A stretch of 64,000 bases of DNA from contig CALKIF010000007.1 in assembly GCA_937988715.1 (NCBI GenBank), positions 2,042 to 66,041 on the forward strand, in the 5' to 3' direction. Below the pieces are notes generated by a model that was not told where the DNA came from, did not search any database, and saw nothing but the letters and a program-made list of their open reading frames with translations. Position 1 is the first letter of the stretch; each line of letters starts with the position of its first letter. This DNA is from an uncultured Alphaproteobacteria bacterium (GTDB lineage: Bacteria > Pseudomonadota > Alphaproteobacteria > Puniceispirillales > Puniceispirillaceae). Below, in pieces: positions 31,021 to 41,277 of this stretch. The position numbers were made by a program, and so were the translations under genes.

Positions 31021-32258
31021 CCCTTTGCCCCTGTATAAGAAGAGGGCAGGCACACTGTGGCCTGAGCCAGGGCCGCTATTCCCTCACCACGGCCGGTGAA
31101 CCCCAGACGCTCGCTTGTGGTGGCCTTCACAGACAGCCTGGATGCGGGCAGGCCCGTGATTTGGGATAAACGGTCTGTCATCTCTTGCCGGTGTGGGCCA
31201 ATTTTGGGCCGCTCGCAAATAAGGGTAACGTCAAGCAAGGTGACATGCCCGCCAGCCTCAGTCACCTGATCAAGGGCAAACCGCAAAAACTGGTCAGATG
31301 AAGCGGCCTTCCATTTTGGATCAGATGGCGGGAAGTGCTGGCCGATATCACCCATCGCCAGACAGCCCAGAACCGCGTCACATAACGCATGTAAACCAAC
31401 ATCACCATCAGAATGGGCAATCAGACCCTGATCATGATCAACCGCCACGCCGCAAATCATAATCGGACCGCTTTCATCGGGTGAAAATTTGTGAACATCA
31501 AAACCACTGGCGGTCCGTGTTTCTGTCTGCTGGCTGTTCTGCATCATATTCAGGTCCTCAGCAAAAGTGATTTTTTCAAGCTCTGATGCGCCGTCAACAC
31601 AAATCAGCTTCATTCCGGCTATTTCAGCAAGGCTGGCATCATCAGTAACCTTTGCATGGCTGTCACCCCCGGCAAACGCCTCATGCAACCGCAATAAAGT
31701 GTCAAACGCAAAGGCCTGAGGGGTCTGCACCCGGCGCAAGCTGGTCCGGTCAATCGTGGATAAAATGATCTGTTCACGATCAACCTGTTTCACTGTGTCA
31801 GTAATGGGCAGGGCAGGAACAGCGCCATCTGCCCCCGCTTTGCGGGCAGCCAGAAGCGCGTCCAGAACGTGATGTGGCACAAACGGGCGGGCCGCATCGT
31901 GAACCGCGACGCTTGTGCTGTGCTCCCTCTCAGCCAGAGCCCGCAGACCATTTAAGGTCGATGCCGTCCGGGTTGCCCCGCCTGTGGTGAACTGAACGGG
32001 CACCGGACAGGAACGGGCAGCTTCTTTCAGCTGATTTGTAACCAGCTCATCCACGCCCTCTTCGGGAAGCACCACCATGATGCGCCCGCAATGCGGCCAG
32101 CAACCAATCGCGTCCAGACTGTGCAGCAGAACAAGCTTGCCTGACAGCAGCCGGAATTGTTTTGCCGGTCCTGGAGATGGCATATCTGCTGAAAACCGGC
32201 GGCTTTGCCCTGCCGCCAGAATGATAAAATCCATATTGAGGTCTGCAGCGGCCATCAT
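31017..32258 (-). CDS. ispDF: Bifunctional MEP cytidylyltransferase / MEcPP synthase
   Basis: N-terminal ILAAGQSRRF (IspD) and C-terminal GFDVH...HSDGDVGLHALCDA...GDIG (IspF). Confidence 0.95.
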   Translation of the reverse strand: MMAAADLNMDFIILAAGQSRRFSADMPSPGPAKQFRLLSGKLVLLHSLDAIGCWPHCGRIMVVLPEEGVDELVTNQLKEAARSCPVPVQFTTGGATRTASTLNGLRALAEREHSTSVAVHDAARPFVPHHVLDALLAARKAGADGAVPALPITDTVKQVDREQIILSTIDRTSLRRVQTPQAFAFDTLLRLHEAFAGGDSHAKVTDDASLAEIAGMKLICVDGASELEKITFAEDLNMMQNSQQTETRTASGFDVHKFSPDESGPIMICGVAVDHDQGLIAHSDGDVGLHALCDAVLGCLAMGDIGQHFPPSDPKWKAASSDQFLRFALDQVTEAGGHVTLLDVTLICERPKIGPHRQEMTDRLSQITGLPASRLSVKATTSERLGFTGRGEGIAALAQATVCLPSSYTGAKG

Positions 32259-32442
32259 TCTGCCTTGTCTATATGTTCAGCCCGGAACAGGTCTGCCCTG
32301 TTTCTAGCCTGATGTTGGCGGGCTTGTCCAGTTGAGGCCGTGCAGGTGAATCTGAGGAGAGGTATGATTTATCTTTATTTTCTGCCTATTTTTTGGGCAG
32401 AGTTCTGGACATTTCTGCGAGGTTTCAGGCATACTCGCGGCT

Positions 32443-33447
32443 ATGACGCATGTTCTTGACCAAATTTTAGGCCTTTCGGGGGAAAACAGCCTCTCTGATG
32501 TGGTTCTGGCGCCGATGTCTGGCATTACGGATCAGCCATTCCGCGCGGCGGTCAGGCGCGCCGGGGGCGGGCTGGTGATCAGTGAAATGGTGGCCAGCCA
32601 CGCGATGCTGACAGATGTGCGTGCTGAAATGCGTAAAATTTCCTCACATCTTCGAAAAGAAGCGCCTGTCGGGCTGCAGATTGCCGGATGGGACCCGGAG
32701 ATGATGGCTGAGGCAGCACGCATGGCAGAGCAGATGGGCGTCAATCTGATTGATATCAATATGGGCTGCCCTGCAAAAAAAGTGACGGGCCGCGCTTCGG
32801 GCTCTGCCTTGATGCGTGAGCCTGAACGGGTAGAAGCGATTTGTGAGGCCGTTGTGCGGGCGGTGTCTGTTCCGGTCACATTAAAGACCAGGCTTGGCTG
32901 GGATGATGCGTCTTTAAATGCCCCGGATATTGCCAGAATTGCAGAAAGCAAGGGTATCAGGCTGATCACCATTCATGGCCGCACACGTTGCCAGATGTAT
33001 AAAGGTGAGGCTGACTGGTCAGCTATCCGGGCTGTTGTTGATGCGGTGACGATTCCGGTTCTGGCCAACGGGGATATCACAAGCTGTGCGGCCGCAGCAG
33101 AAGCTGTCCGCCTTTCCGGGGCGGCGGGTGTTATGGTCGGCCGGGCAGCTATGGGCCAGCCCTGGCTGTTGGCGCAGATAGCTGATCATCTTGCCGGCAG
33201 GACAGTGCGCCCTGTTCCGGATATGCATATCCGGCATCAGATGATGCGCGCTCATCTGGCGGATATTCTGGCTGAATCAGGCGAGAGAGGCTTGCGATCC
33301 GCCCGTAAACATTTTGCCAGCTATTGTGATCATCTGGACCAGTCAGAAGGCCTGCGAGAGGTCGCGCTAAGAGCTGACACAGCTTCGCTGGTTCAGGACG
33401 CTATCGATCGTTATTTTCTGGATCAGTCCAGATTATCAGCAGCATAA
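32443..33447 (+). CDS. dusB: tRNA-dihydrouridine synthase (NifR3/DusB)
   Basis: LAPMSGITDQPFR, DINMGCPAKKV and ITIHGRTR. It sits upstream of ntrBC as in other Alphaproteobacteria. Confidence 0.9.
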   Translation: MTHVLDQILGLSGENSLSDVVLAPMSGITDQPFRAAVRRAGGGLVISEMVASHAMLTDVRAEMRKISSHLRKEAPVGLQIAGWDPEMMAEAARMAEQMGVNLIDINMGCPAKKVTGRASGSALMREPERVEAICEAVVRAVSVPVTLKTRLGWDDASLNAPDIARIAESKGIRLITIHGRTRCQMYKGEADWSAIRAVVDAVTIPVLANGDITSCAAAAEAVRLSGAAGVMVGRAAMGQPWLLAQIADHLAGRTVRPVPDMHIRHQMMRAHLADILAESGERGLRSARKHFASYCDHLDQSEGLREVALRADTASLVQDAIDRYFLDQSRLSAA

Positions 33448-33469
33448 AGCAGGGCAGGGGGAACAGCTG

Positions 33470-34612
33470 ATGGTCAAATCTGGTGCTTTTGCCCATGCCC
33501 AGCAAGAAGATATGTCTGCTGAATTGCTGAATATGCTGCCGTTTCCGCTGTTGCTGATTGACAATGATGACAGGTTTGTCTGGCTGAACCCGGCTGCAGA
33601 AAGTTTCTTTCAGAGCAGTACCGCCTATCTTGCGGGCAGGGCGCTGACAGAAATGCTGCCTGCTGACAGCCCGTTTTTTGCTTTGCTTCACCGCGTCAGA
33701 CAGGCCGGGCGTCCGGTTGTGGAAAAGGCCATGGGGCTGGTCAGCCCAAAGCTGGGGGTCAGGACCGGGGCAATCCAGATGGTGCCCATTCTGGCTGCGG
33801 GTCAGCCAGAAGCCCAGGCACAGATACTGGTTTCTATTCAGGAACAGTCCATGGCCGAACAGCTCTCTACCCAGAATCAGTTCAAAGGCGCGGCGCTGTC
33901 GATGGCGAAAATGACCGCGCTTCTGGCTCATGAAATAAAGAACCCGCTGGCAGGCATCAAAGGGGCTGCTCAGCTTTTGGAGCTGGATTTACCTGCAGAA
34001 TATCGGGAATTGAGCGGGATGATCGTTGATGAAACAGATCGCATTACCTCTCTTCTCAGCCGTATCGAAACATTATCGTCTGACACACCTGTGAAATTTA
34101 CAGATGTGAATATTCATGAAGTTTTGGATCACTGCATCCGGATCACAAAGGCCTCATTTGGCCGCCATTTAACCGTGATAAGGCGCTATGATCCCTCATT
34201 GCCTGATGTCAGAGCGGACCGGGAACTGTTGGTTCAGTGTTTTTTGAATCTGTTCAAAAATGCAGCAGAGGCAACAAAGGCAGGAGATGAGCTGACCTTG
34301 AGCACATCTTATTCCATGACACGGTATGTTTCCAGCCTATCAGATGGCAGGCGTGTTCATCTGCCCTTTCAGATTGAAATCGAAGATACTGGAGATGGCA
34401 TCCCAGATGAGCTGGCAGACCATATATTTGAACCGTTTATTTCCACCAAATCAGGCGGATCAGGCCTGGGCCTGGCTATGGTTGCCAGTGTGATTGCAGA
34501 TCATGGCGGTGCCATTTCCCATCTGCCACGACGGCGCGGGACCTGTTTCAGCATTAATCTGCCGGTGATGAGCAGTACCAGCTCTGGCCGCAAGACAGAG
34601 GCAGAGACCTGA
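33470..34612 (+). CDS. ntrB: Nitrogen-regulation sensor histidine kinase NtrB
   Basis: PAS-like N-terminus, H box LAHEIKNPLAG, N box NLFKNAAEA, and G boxes DTGDGIP / GGSGLGLA. Confidence 0.85.
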   Translation: MVKSGAFAHAQQEDMSAELLNMLPFPLLLIDNDDRFVWLNPAAESFFQSSTAYLAGRALTEMLPADSPFFALLHRVRQAGRPVVEKAMGLVSPKLGVRTGAIQMVPILAAGQPEAQAQILVSIQEQSMAEQLSTQNQFKGAALSMAKMTALLAHEIKNPLAGIKGAAQLLELDLPAEYRELSGMIVDETDRITSLLSRIETLSSDTPVKFTDVNIHEVLDHCIRITKASFGRHLTVIRRYDPSLPDVRADRELLVQCFLNLFKNAAEATKAGDELTLSTSYSMTRYVSSLSDGRRVHLPFQIEIEDTGDGIPDELADHIFEPFISTKSGGSGLGLAMVASVIADHGGAISHLPRRRGTCFSINLPVMSSTSSGRKTEAET

Positions 34613-36042
34613 TGAGCAGCCGGACTCCGCAAATTCTTGTCGCTGATGATGACCGGACGGTCCGGACAGTCATCTCGCACGCGTTGAGCAAACAGGGCTA
34701 TCAGGTTGGGGCGACAACCTCTGTTGCCGGGCTATGGGATATGGCCACAGCGGGCAGAGGGGATGTGCTGATCACAGATGTTAATTTTCCAGATGGTGAT
34801 GCGCTGGATTTGCTGCCCCGGCTGCAGGAAAAACGTCCGGATTTGACCATTATCGTGATGAGCGCGCAGGCAAATCTGCTGACCGCGATCAAAACCCAGC
34901 AGCGCGGCGTCTTTGACTATCTGCCGAAGCCATTTGAATTGCGCCAGCTCTTGGATGTGATGTCGAGAGCGATATCCGAAGACCGGACTGACCTGTCTCC
35001 GGACAGGCTGACAGCTGGTCTGCCAAAGCAGATCCCCGCGCCATTGATGGGAAAATCGCCTGCAATGCAGGTGACGTTCAAATTATTGAGCCGAATCGCA
35101 ACACAGTCTGTGCCGGTCCTGATCAAGGCTGAACCGGGTTCGGGAAAGCAAATTGTAGCCCAGACCCTGCATGAGATGAGCCATCTGTCATCAGCTGGCT
35201 TTGAGGCTGTGGAATTGTCGCAAGTCGAAGAGGCGGAACATACTGAGCTGTTATTCGGGCCGCGTGGCCTGATCACCCGCACATCAGTTGGCAGCCTGTT
35301 TTTGAATAATATTGACCAGCTTTCTGTTCCGGCCCAAAAGGCCCTTGCTCAGTTTATGGTGTCAGGCTCGCCAGGCTCTCGCCTGCAGCCAGCCCAGCTG
35401 GGGCAACTGCGTCTGATTTGCGGGACATCTGCTGATCTGAAACAACAGGTCAGCAAAGGTGCGTTCAGAGAAGATCTGTATTTTGAATTATCTGTGGCTG
35501 AACTGGGCATGCCGCCGCTGCGGGACCGGCAGGAAGACATCCCGCAAGTGGCCAGCTGGGTCTGCAGCCAGCTGAACAGTCAGTTTCAGACCGAACGGCG
35601 GCTGACAACTGAAGCAATGGCCCGCTTGCAAGACTATGTCTGGCCCGGGAATGTAAAAGAGCTGGAAGTGCTGCTGAAGCGTTTGTTCATTGCCACCACA
35701 GAACAACAGATTTCGGCCCGTATGGTCGAAAAGGAACTGGATAAGCTTTCCTCTCTGGCTGAGCAGGCCCTGGTTGAACCGATAGCAAGTTCTGACAGCC
35801 TTTCCCAAGCGGTTGAACTTCACCTGTCCCGCTATTTCAAGGCTTTGGGCGGGGCAGAACCAGATGCCGGTCTGCATGACCGTATTCTGGCAGAGGTTGA
35901 ACGGCCATTGATTGTGGCCACGCTTTATCATACCGGGGGGAACCAGATACGGGCCGCCGCCATTCTGGGGCTGAACCGAAATACCTTGCGAAAAAAGATT
36001 AGAGAGTTGAAAATTTCAACAAATCGGGCTGAATACAAATAA
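34612..36042 (+). CDS. ntrC: NtrC-position response regulator with degenerate AAA+ central domain
   Basis: Receiver domain (ILVADDD..., ITDVNFPDGD, KPF) and Fis-type HTH (LNRNTLRKKIRELKI). Walker A reads AEPGSGKQ, the Walker B position reads LFLNNID, and there is no GAFTGA. There is a 1-nt start/stop overlap with ntrB. Confidence 0.75.
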   Translation: MSSRTPQILVADDDRTVRTVISHALSKQGYQVGATTSVAGLWDMATAGRGDVLITDVNFPDGDALDLLPRLQEKRPDLTIIVMSAQANLLTAIKTQQRGVFDYLPKPFELRQLLDVMSRAISEDRTDLSPDRLTAGLPKQIPAPLMGKSPAMQVTFKLLSRIATQSVPVLIKAEPGSGKQIVAQTLHEMSHLSSAGFEAVELSQVEEAEHTELLFGPRGLITRTSVGSLFLNNIDQLSVPAQKALAQFMVSGSPGSRLQPAQLGQLRLICGTSADLKQQVSKGAFREDLYFELSVAELGMPPLRDRQEDIPQVASWVCSQLNSQFQTERRLTTEAMARLQDYVWPGNVKELEVLLKRLFIATTEQQISARMVEKELDKLSSLAEQALVEPIASSDSLSQAVELHLSRYFKALGGAEPDAGLHDRILAEVERPLIVATLYHTGGNQIRAAAILGLNRNTLRKKIRELKISTNRAEYK

Positions 36043-36093
36043 AGCGCAAATACAGCATGTGGCGATTTCAGACGGCGCACAGGATATAAGGAT

Positions 36094-38343
36094 ATGACAA
36101 ATCCGCTTCAATTCGGGTCTGCTGACCGCTCTGTTCAGAAAACAGGGCGGGTGGGTCCTGTGACGGGAGAAGCAGATAGCACCGGTTCTCCTGCTGTCCG
36201 GCAATGGCTGGCCGGTGACCGGCTGGCCTATCTTGTGATCACGGTTGCTGTGGGGATAGGCCTGACTGTCTTTTTTGCCCTCTCTCAGGTGACAGACATC
36301 ACCGCCCAGTCAGATCTTTTGATCCTGAGCTTCCTTGTGGCGATGACATTTCTGGGGCTTTTGCTGTTTTTTGTGGGCCGGCAGTTGCTGCGGCTGTGGC
36401 GAGAGCGCAGCCAACGTCACGCCGGGGCCCAATTGCATTTCCGCCTTGCGTTGTTGTTTGGCGGGGTGACCGCTATTCCGGCTGTTCTGGTGGCGATGTT
36501 TGCTATTTCCATGATTGATTATTCCTTGCGCGGTTGGTTTGCAGACCGGATTTCAACAGCTGTGAATGAATCAGTAGAGGTGGCCAGTGCGTATTTTGAA
36601 GAACATGCCCGTTCGGTGCGTGGCCAAATTCTGGCGATGGCAAATGACCTCAACCGGGAAGCCCCGCGTCTGGTGCGTAACCCCAACCAGTTGAATGAGT
36701 ATATCTCTAACCAGACCGCGTTGCGGAATTTGTCTGAAGCTGTGATTATAGATGGCACAGGTCAGATTCTGGCAAAGTCACAATTTGCCTTTGCGCTGAC
36801 CTTCTCTCGGATTGATGATGAGCTGGTCGCACGGGCACGGGACGGTGATGTTGTCATCATTACATCAAAAGAGAACAACAAGCTGCAAGCCATTGTAAAA
36901 CTGAATGGTTTTGTTGACGCCTATTTGCTGGCAGGGCGTTTTATTGATGCTGATGTTTTGGCCGCATTAAACCAGACACGTGTGGCCGCAGATGATTATC
37001 AATCCTTATCTCTTCGCCAGTTTGATCTTCAGATTTCGCTGGCGGTGATGTTTGCTGTGGTGGCCCTGATGCTGTTGCTGGCTTCTATCTGGGTGGGGTT
37101 GAACCTGGCCACATCTATTGCCGGGCCTCTGGTCAGTGTGATCACTGTCGCAGAGCAGGTTCGCAGCGGAAATTTCAAAGAACGTGTTCCTGAAAGTGAG
37201 GATGTGGACGAAATTTCACGTCTGGGGGCCAGTTTCAACAGAATGCTTGATGATGTGTCCAGCAGCCGTGAGCAGCTGGTACAGGCAAACCGGCAGCTGG
37301 ATGCCAGGCGTGAATTTACAGAAGCTGTTCTGGGGGGGGTATCTTCTGGGGTTATTGGCTTGGACAGGGACGGCAAGATCACGCTGCCGAACCAGGCGGC
37401 CTGTGAGTTGCTGGGCAAGAGGTTTGATGAGCTCTATGGTCAGGAATTAACCGAAATTCAGCCGGCCTTTGCGCCTTTGTTTGACGGTATTGACCAAAGG
37501 CGGCGTGTACATCCGGAACGCCAGCTGGATATGCAAATCGGCAGCCGTGTGGTGATTTTGCGTACCCGGGTCACCTCAGAACGTGTTGATGGCCGGTTGG
37601 TCGGTTATGTGGTGACTTTTGATGATGTCACTGATTTTCTGGCCGCAGAACGAAAGGCCGCATGGGCTGATGTGGCCAGACGCATTGCGCATGAAATCAA
37701 AAACCCGCTGACCCCGATTGCCTTGGCAACTGACCGGCTGAAGAAAAAATATCGTCCGGCTGAAGAAGATGACGGTGATAAGTTTGATGATTATCTGTCC
37801 ATCATCACCCGCCAGGTCAATGATATTGGCCGCATGGTTGAAGAATTTTCCCAGTTTGCCCGCATGCCTGCACCGGTGTTGAAACAGATAGATGCGCGCA
37901 AGCTGTTGGCTGAACAGCAGATGTTGCTTGACCCGAACAGCCAGGTATCTCTGACAACCCGGCTTCCGGCTGGTGATGCGCCTGTTTACATCAATGCAGA
38001 TGCAGGCCTGATGCGGCAGGTGATCACCAATTTAACAAAGAATTCAATTGAAAGCATGCAGGACAGCTCTACGGGCGCGCCCAAGATTGAACTGTTTTTA
38101 AGAGTGGCTGATGAACGGGCCGAAATTATTGTGCGTGATTACGGGCCCGGGTTTCCGGCTTCAGATCCGGCCCGGTTCCTAGAGCCCTATGTAACCACGC
38201 GCGAAAAAGGAACAGGCCTTGGTCTGGCGATTGCCCAGAAAATCATGTCTGACCATCGCGGTGAGATCACGTTACAAAATCATAAAGAGGCAGGAGCAGT
38301 TGTCACTTTATCCCTTCCTCTGGCAGGAGATCATGAGCGATGA
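36094..38343 (+). CDS. ntrY: Sensor histidine kinase NtrY
   Basis: N-terminal TM segments, HAMP, PAS, H box IAHEIKNPLTPI, and G boxes DYGPGFP / GTGLGLAI. Confidence 0.85.
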   Translation: MTNPLQFGSADRSVQKTGRVGPVTGEADSTGSPAVRQWLAGDRLAYLVITVAVGIGLTVFFALSQVTDITAQSDLLILSFLVAMTFLGLLLFFVGRQLLRLWRERSQRHAGAQLHFRLALLFGGVTAIPAVLVAMFAISMIDYSLRGWFADRISTAVNESVEVASAYFEEHARSVRGQILAMANDLNREAPRLVRNPNQLNEYISNQTALRNLSEAVIIDGTGQILAKSQFAFALTFSRIDDELVARARDGDVVIITSKENNKLQAIVKLNGFVDAYLLAGRFIDADVLAALNQTRVAADDYQSLSLRQFDLQISLAVMFAVVALMLLLASIWVGLNLATSIAGPLVSVITVAEQVRSGNFKERVPESEDVDEISRLGASFNRMLDDVSSSREQLVQANRQLDARREFTEAVLGGVSSGVIGLDRDGKITLPNQAACELLGKRFDELYGQELTEIQPAFAPLFDGIDQRRRVHPERQLDMQIGSRVVILRTRVTSERVDGRLVGYVVTFDDVTDFLAAERKAAWADVARRIAHEIKNPLTPIALATDRLKKKYRPAEEDDGDKFDDYLSIITRQVNDIGRMVEEFSQFARMPAPVLKQIDARKLLAEQQMLLDPNSQVSLTTRLPAGDAPVYINADAGLMRQVITNLTKNSIESMQDSSTGAPKIELFLRVADERAEIIVRDYGPGFPASDPARFLEPYVTTREKGTGLGLAIAQKIMSDHRGEITLQNHKEAGAVVTLSLPLAGDHER

Positions 38344-39716
38344 ATGAAGAAATTCTGGTTGTTGATGATGAGCCGGATATTCGCTCGCTGATCAGCCTCA
38401 CGCTTGAGGATGAGGGGTTTGTTACTGTTCAGGCCGCTAATGCACAAGAAGCCCGTTCGGTGATTTCTTCTCGGCCGCCATCCTGTATCATTCTGGATAT
38501 CTGGATGCGTGATTCAGATATGGACGGCATTGATATTCTGAAATGGGTCCAGGATTTGTATCCTGAAGTGCCTGTGCTGATGATTTCAGGACATGGCACA
38601 ATTGAAACCGCTGTCCAGGCACTGAGATTTGGGGCGCATGATTTCATTGAAAAACCCTTTAAAACGGAACGGCTGTTGCTGACCGTCAGACGTGCTCTGC
38701 AACAATCTCGTCTGTCGCGTGAGAATGCAGAACTGAAAGCCCGAACTGGGCAAGCCGGGCCGCGTGATCTGATCGGCCAGTCATCTGCTGTCAAACAATT
38801 GCAGCAAGCCATTGACAGGGTTGCCCCTACCGCCAGCAGGGTGCTGATCACCGGCCCGTCCGGTTCAGGCAAGGAGATGGCAGCCAGGCTGATCCATGAT
38901 CGATCTGACCGGCGTGAGGGCCCGTTTATTGTGGCCAGCTGTGCGCGCTTGAACACTGCCCATGCTGACCGTGATTTGTTTGGCTCAGAAGGGTTACAGT
39001 CTGGACGGCGGGTCATCGGGCTGTTTGAACAGGCACATCGGGGAACGCTCTATTTTGATGAGGTTTGTGAGCTTCCTGCGGCAATTCAGAGCCGTTTGGT
39101 GCGGACTGTTGCTGAACAGAATTTCAGGCGGGTTGGCGGCAATACAGAAGTGTCAACAGATGTGCGGGTGATTTCTGCTTCCAGCCAGGATTTGCAGGCC
39201 GCGATCGCAGATGATGTCTTGCGTGAGGATTTATATTACCGGCTTGGGGTGATTTCCTTGTCTGTCGCGCCGCTTTCATCCCGGCGTGAAGATATTGGGG
39301 CGCTGGCGCGGCATTTCGTATCTGAATTTGCTGATCAGCTGGGCTGTCCGCCAGTGAAATTGGGAGAAGATCTGTTAAATGCCATGCGCGCCTACAGATG
39401 GCCGGGGTCGGTCCGTCAATTGCGCAATGTCATTGAAACGCTGATGATCCTGGCCGATAAATCTTCAGATGAGCCTTTGGGCGTCCAGGCTCTGCCTCAG
39501 GAAATTCTGTCTGGGTCAGAACAGGAGGTGCGGTCTGTCCTGGAAAAGAGCCTGTCTCTGCCGTTAAGAGAGGCCAGAGAAGAGTTTGAGCGGGAATATA
39601 TGCGCCTGCAGCTGGATAAATTTGGCGGCAATATATCGCAAATGGCAAAATTTGTGGGGATGGAACGATCAGCCTTACACCGCAAGCTGAAATCGCTGGG
39701 ATTACAGGCATCCTAA
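38340..39716 (+). CDS. ntrX: Response regulator NtrX (AAA+ plus HTH)
   Basis: Receiver (ILVVDDEPDIR), Walker A GPSGSGKE, Walker B LYFDEV and a C-terminal HTH. There is no GAFTGA, as I recall being described for NtrX. ATGA overlap with ntrY. Confidence 0.85.
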   Translation: MNEEILVVDDEPDIRSLISLTLEDEGFVTVQAANAQEARSVISSRPPSCIILDIWMRDSDMDGIDILKWVQDLYPEVPVLMISGHGTIETAVQALRFGAHDFIEKPFKTERLLLTVRRALQQSRLSRENAELKARTGQAGPRDLIGQSSAVKQLQQAIDRVAPTASRVLITGPSGSGKEMAARLIHDRSDRREGPFIVASCARLNTAHADRDLFGSEGLQSGRRVIGLFEQAHRGTLYFDEVCELPAAIQSRLVRTVAEQNFRRVGGNTEVSTDVRVISASSQDLQAAIADDVLREDLYYRLGVISLSVAPLSSRREDIGALARHFVSEFADQLGCPPVKLGEDLLNAMRAYRWPGSVRQLRNVIETLMILADKSSDEPLGVQALPQEILSGSEQEVRSVLEKSLSLPLREAREEFEREYMRLQLDKFGGNISQMAKFVGMERSALHRKLKSLGLQAS

Positions 39717-39883
39717 CCCACAGACGGGTTTTGGCTTGCTCTGGAGGCGAAAATGAATAGAGTAGGGCACAACAGGAGGCCTGCTGCCTGTCTGCCCAGA
39801 GAGCAAAACAAAGGACTGGCCGAGTCTTATGTCTGGACCAAATATGGGCGTGGCCGGAATAACTGGCTGAGAAGAGAGATTTC

Positions 39884-41263
39884 ATGAAAATCGTAATTTG
39901 TGGGGCTGGGATCGTCGGAAGCGCGATCGCGCGCCATCTCGCCGCAGAACAGAATGACGTAACCGTTATCGATTCTGATCCTGACAAAATTCAGCGGATT
40001 ACGGAAGTTGCTGATGTCGGAGCGGTGACCGGTGTGGCCTCGCACCCTGATATGCTTGAACAGGCTGGCATGGCTGATGCTGAATTGCTGATTGCGGTAA
40101 CCGAATCTGATGAAATTAACATGGTGGCCTGCCAGGTCGCGCATACCATTTTCAACACGCCCACCAGAATTGCACGGATCAGATCACGGGCCTATCTTGA
40201 CCCCCAGGTTGAGGCGCTTTACGGGCCGGAAAACCTGCCGATTGATCATATCATCTCACCAGAGCTTGAGGTATCAGCCGCGGCCGGCCGCCAGCTGCAA
40301 TTGCCCGGTGCGTTTGATGTCAAGGATATGGTGAACGGCAAAATCCGCCTGATCGGTGTGCTGTGCCGGGAAAACTGTCCTATTCTGGCCACACCTATCC
40401 GTCATCTGACCAATTTATTTCCAGGCCTGTCGATGACAATTGTCGCCATTATCAGAGGTAATGAGGTGATTGTGCCGCGGGATGGCACAGATATGATGCA
40501 GCCTGAAGACAGGGTCTATTTTGTTTGTGATGCTGAGCATACTGACCGGGCCATGGCCAGCTTTGGTCATACAGAAAAAGAAGCTCATTCTGTGGTGATT
40601 GCCGGCGGTGGGAATATTGGCAGCCTGCTGGCTCAGGATATTGAGGCAAAATCCCAGAATACGGTCTGCCAGATTATCGAAAAGGACAAGGCTCAGGCCC
40701 ATCTGATTGCAGAACGGCTGCAGCAGACAGGGGTGACCTGTGGCAATTCACTTGATGCGGATATATTGAATGAGGCCGGGGTCAGCACAACAGATACCTT
40801 TGTGGCGGTCTCTAATGATGATGAGGTGAACATCTTATCTGCCTTGTTGGCCAAACGAATGGGGGCAAGGCATACAGTTGCACTTGTGAATATGCCGGGC
40901 TTTGTGCCTTTGATCAGCGCGCTGGGTGTTGATGCTGTGATTAACCCGCCACAAATCACCGTATCCTCTATCTTAGAGCATGTCCGGCGCGGGCGTATTC
41001 TGGATGTTCATTCTGTTGTTGAAGGGTTAGGGGAAGTTCTTGAGGCAGAAGCCCTGGCCAGTTCTCCTCTGGTTGGGTTGCCGCTTCGTAAAGCGCGGAT
41101 TCCCAAAGGGGTTGCTATCGGGGCCATTCTGCGGCTTGATGAGGTTGTTCCGGCGCGCGGCGACACTGTGATTGAGGCAGGTGATCATCTGGTATTGTTT
41201 GCCGCACCAGGGAAAGCCGCCCGGGCAGAATCGATTCTGTCTGATCCGGATTCTGAATTTTAA
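39884..41263 (+). CDS. trkA: Trk potassium-uptake NAD-binding subunit TrkA
   Basis: Two RCK-N/RCK-C repeats: MKIVICGAGIVGSAIA and VVIAGGGNIGSLLA. Confidence 0.93.
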   Translation: MKIVICGAGIVGSAIARHLAAEQNDVTVIDSDPDKIQRITEVADVGAVTGVASHPDMLEQAGMADAELLIAVTESDEINMVACQVAHTIFNTPTRIARIRSRAYLDPQVEALYGPENLPIDHIISPELEVSAAAGRQLQLPGAFDVKDMVNGKIRLIGVLCRENCPILATPIRHLTNLFPGLSMTIVAIIRGNEVIVPRDGTDMMQPEDRVYFVCDAEHTDRAMASFGHTEKEAHSVVIAGGGNIGSLLAQDIEAKSQNTVCQIIEKDKAQAHLIAERLQQTGVTCGNSLDADILNEAGVSTTDTFVAVSNDDEVNILSALLAKRMGARHTVALVNMPGFVPLISALGVDAVINPPQITVSSILEHVRRGRILDVHSVVEGLGEVLEAEALASSPLVGLPLRKARIPKGVAIGAILRLDEVVPARGDTVIEAGDHLVLFAAPGKAARAESILSDPDSEF

Positions 41264-41277
41264 GGGCTTGAATATTC

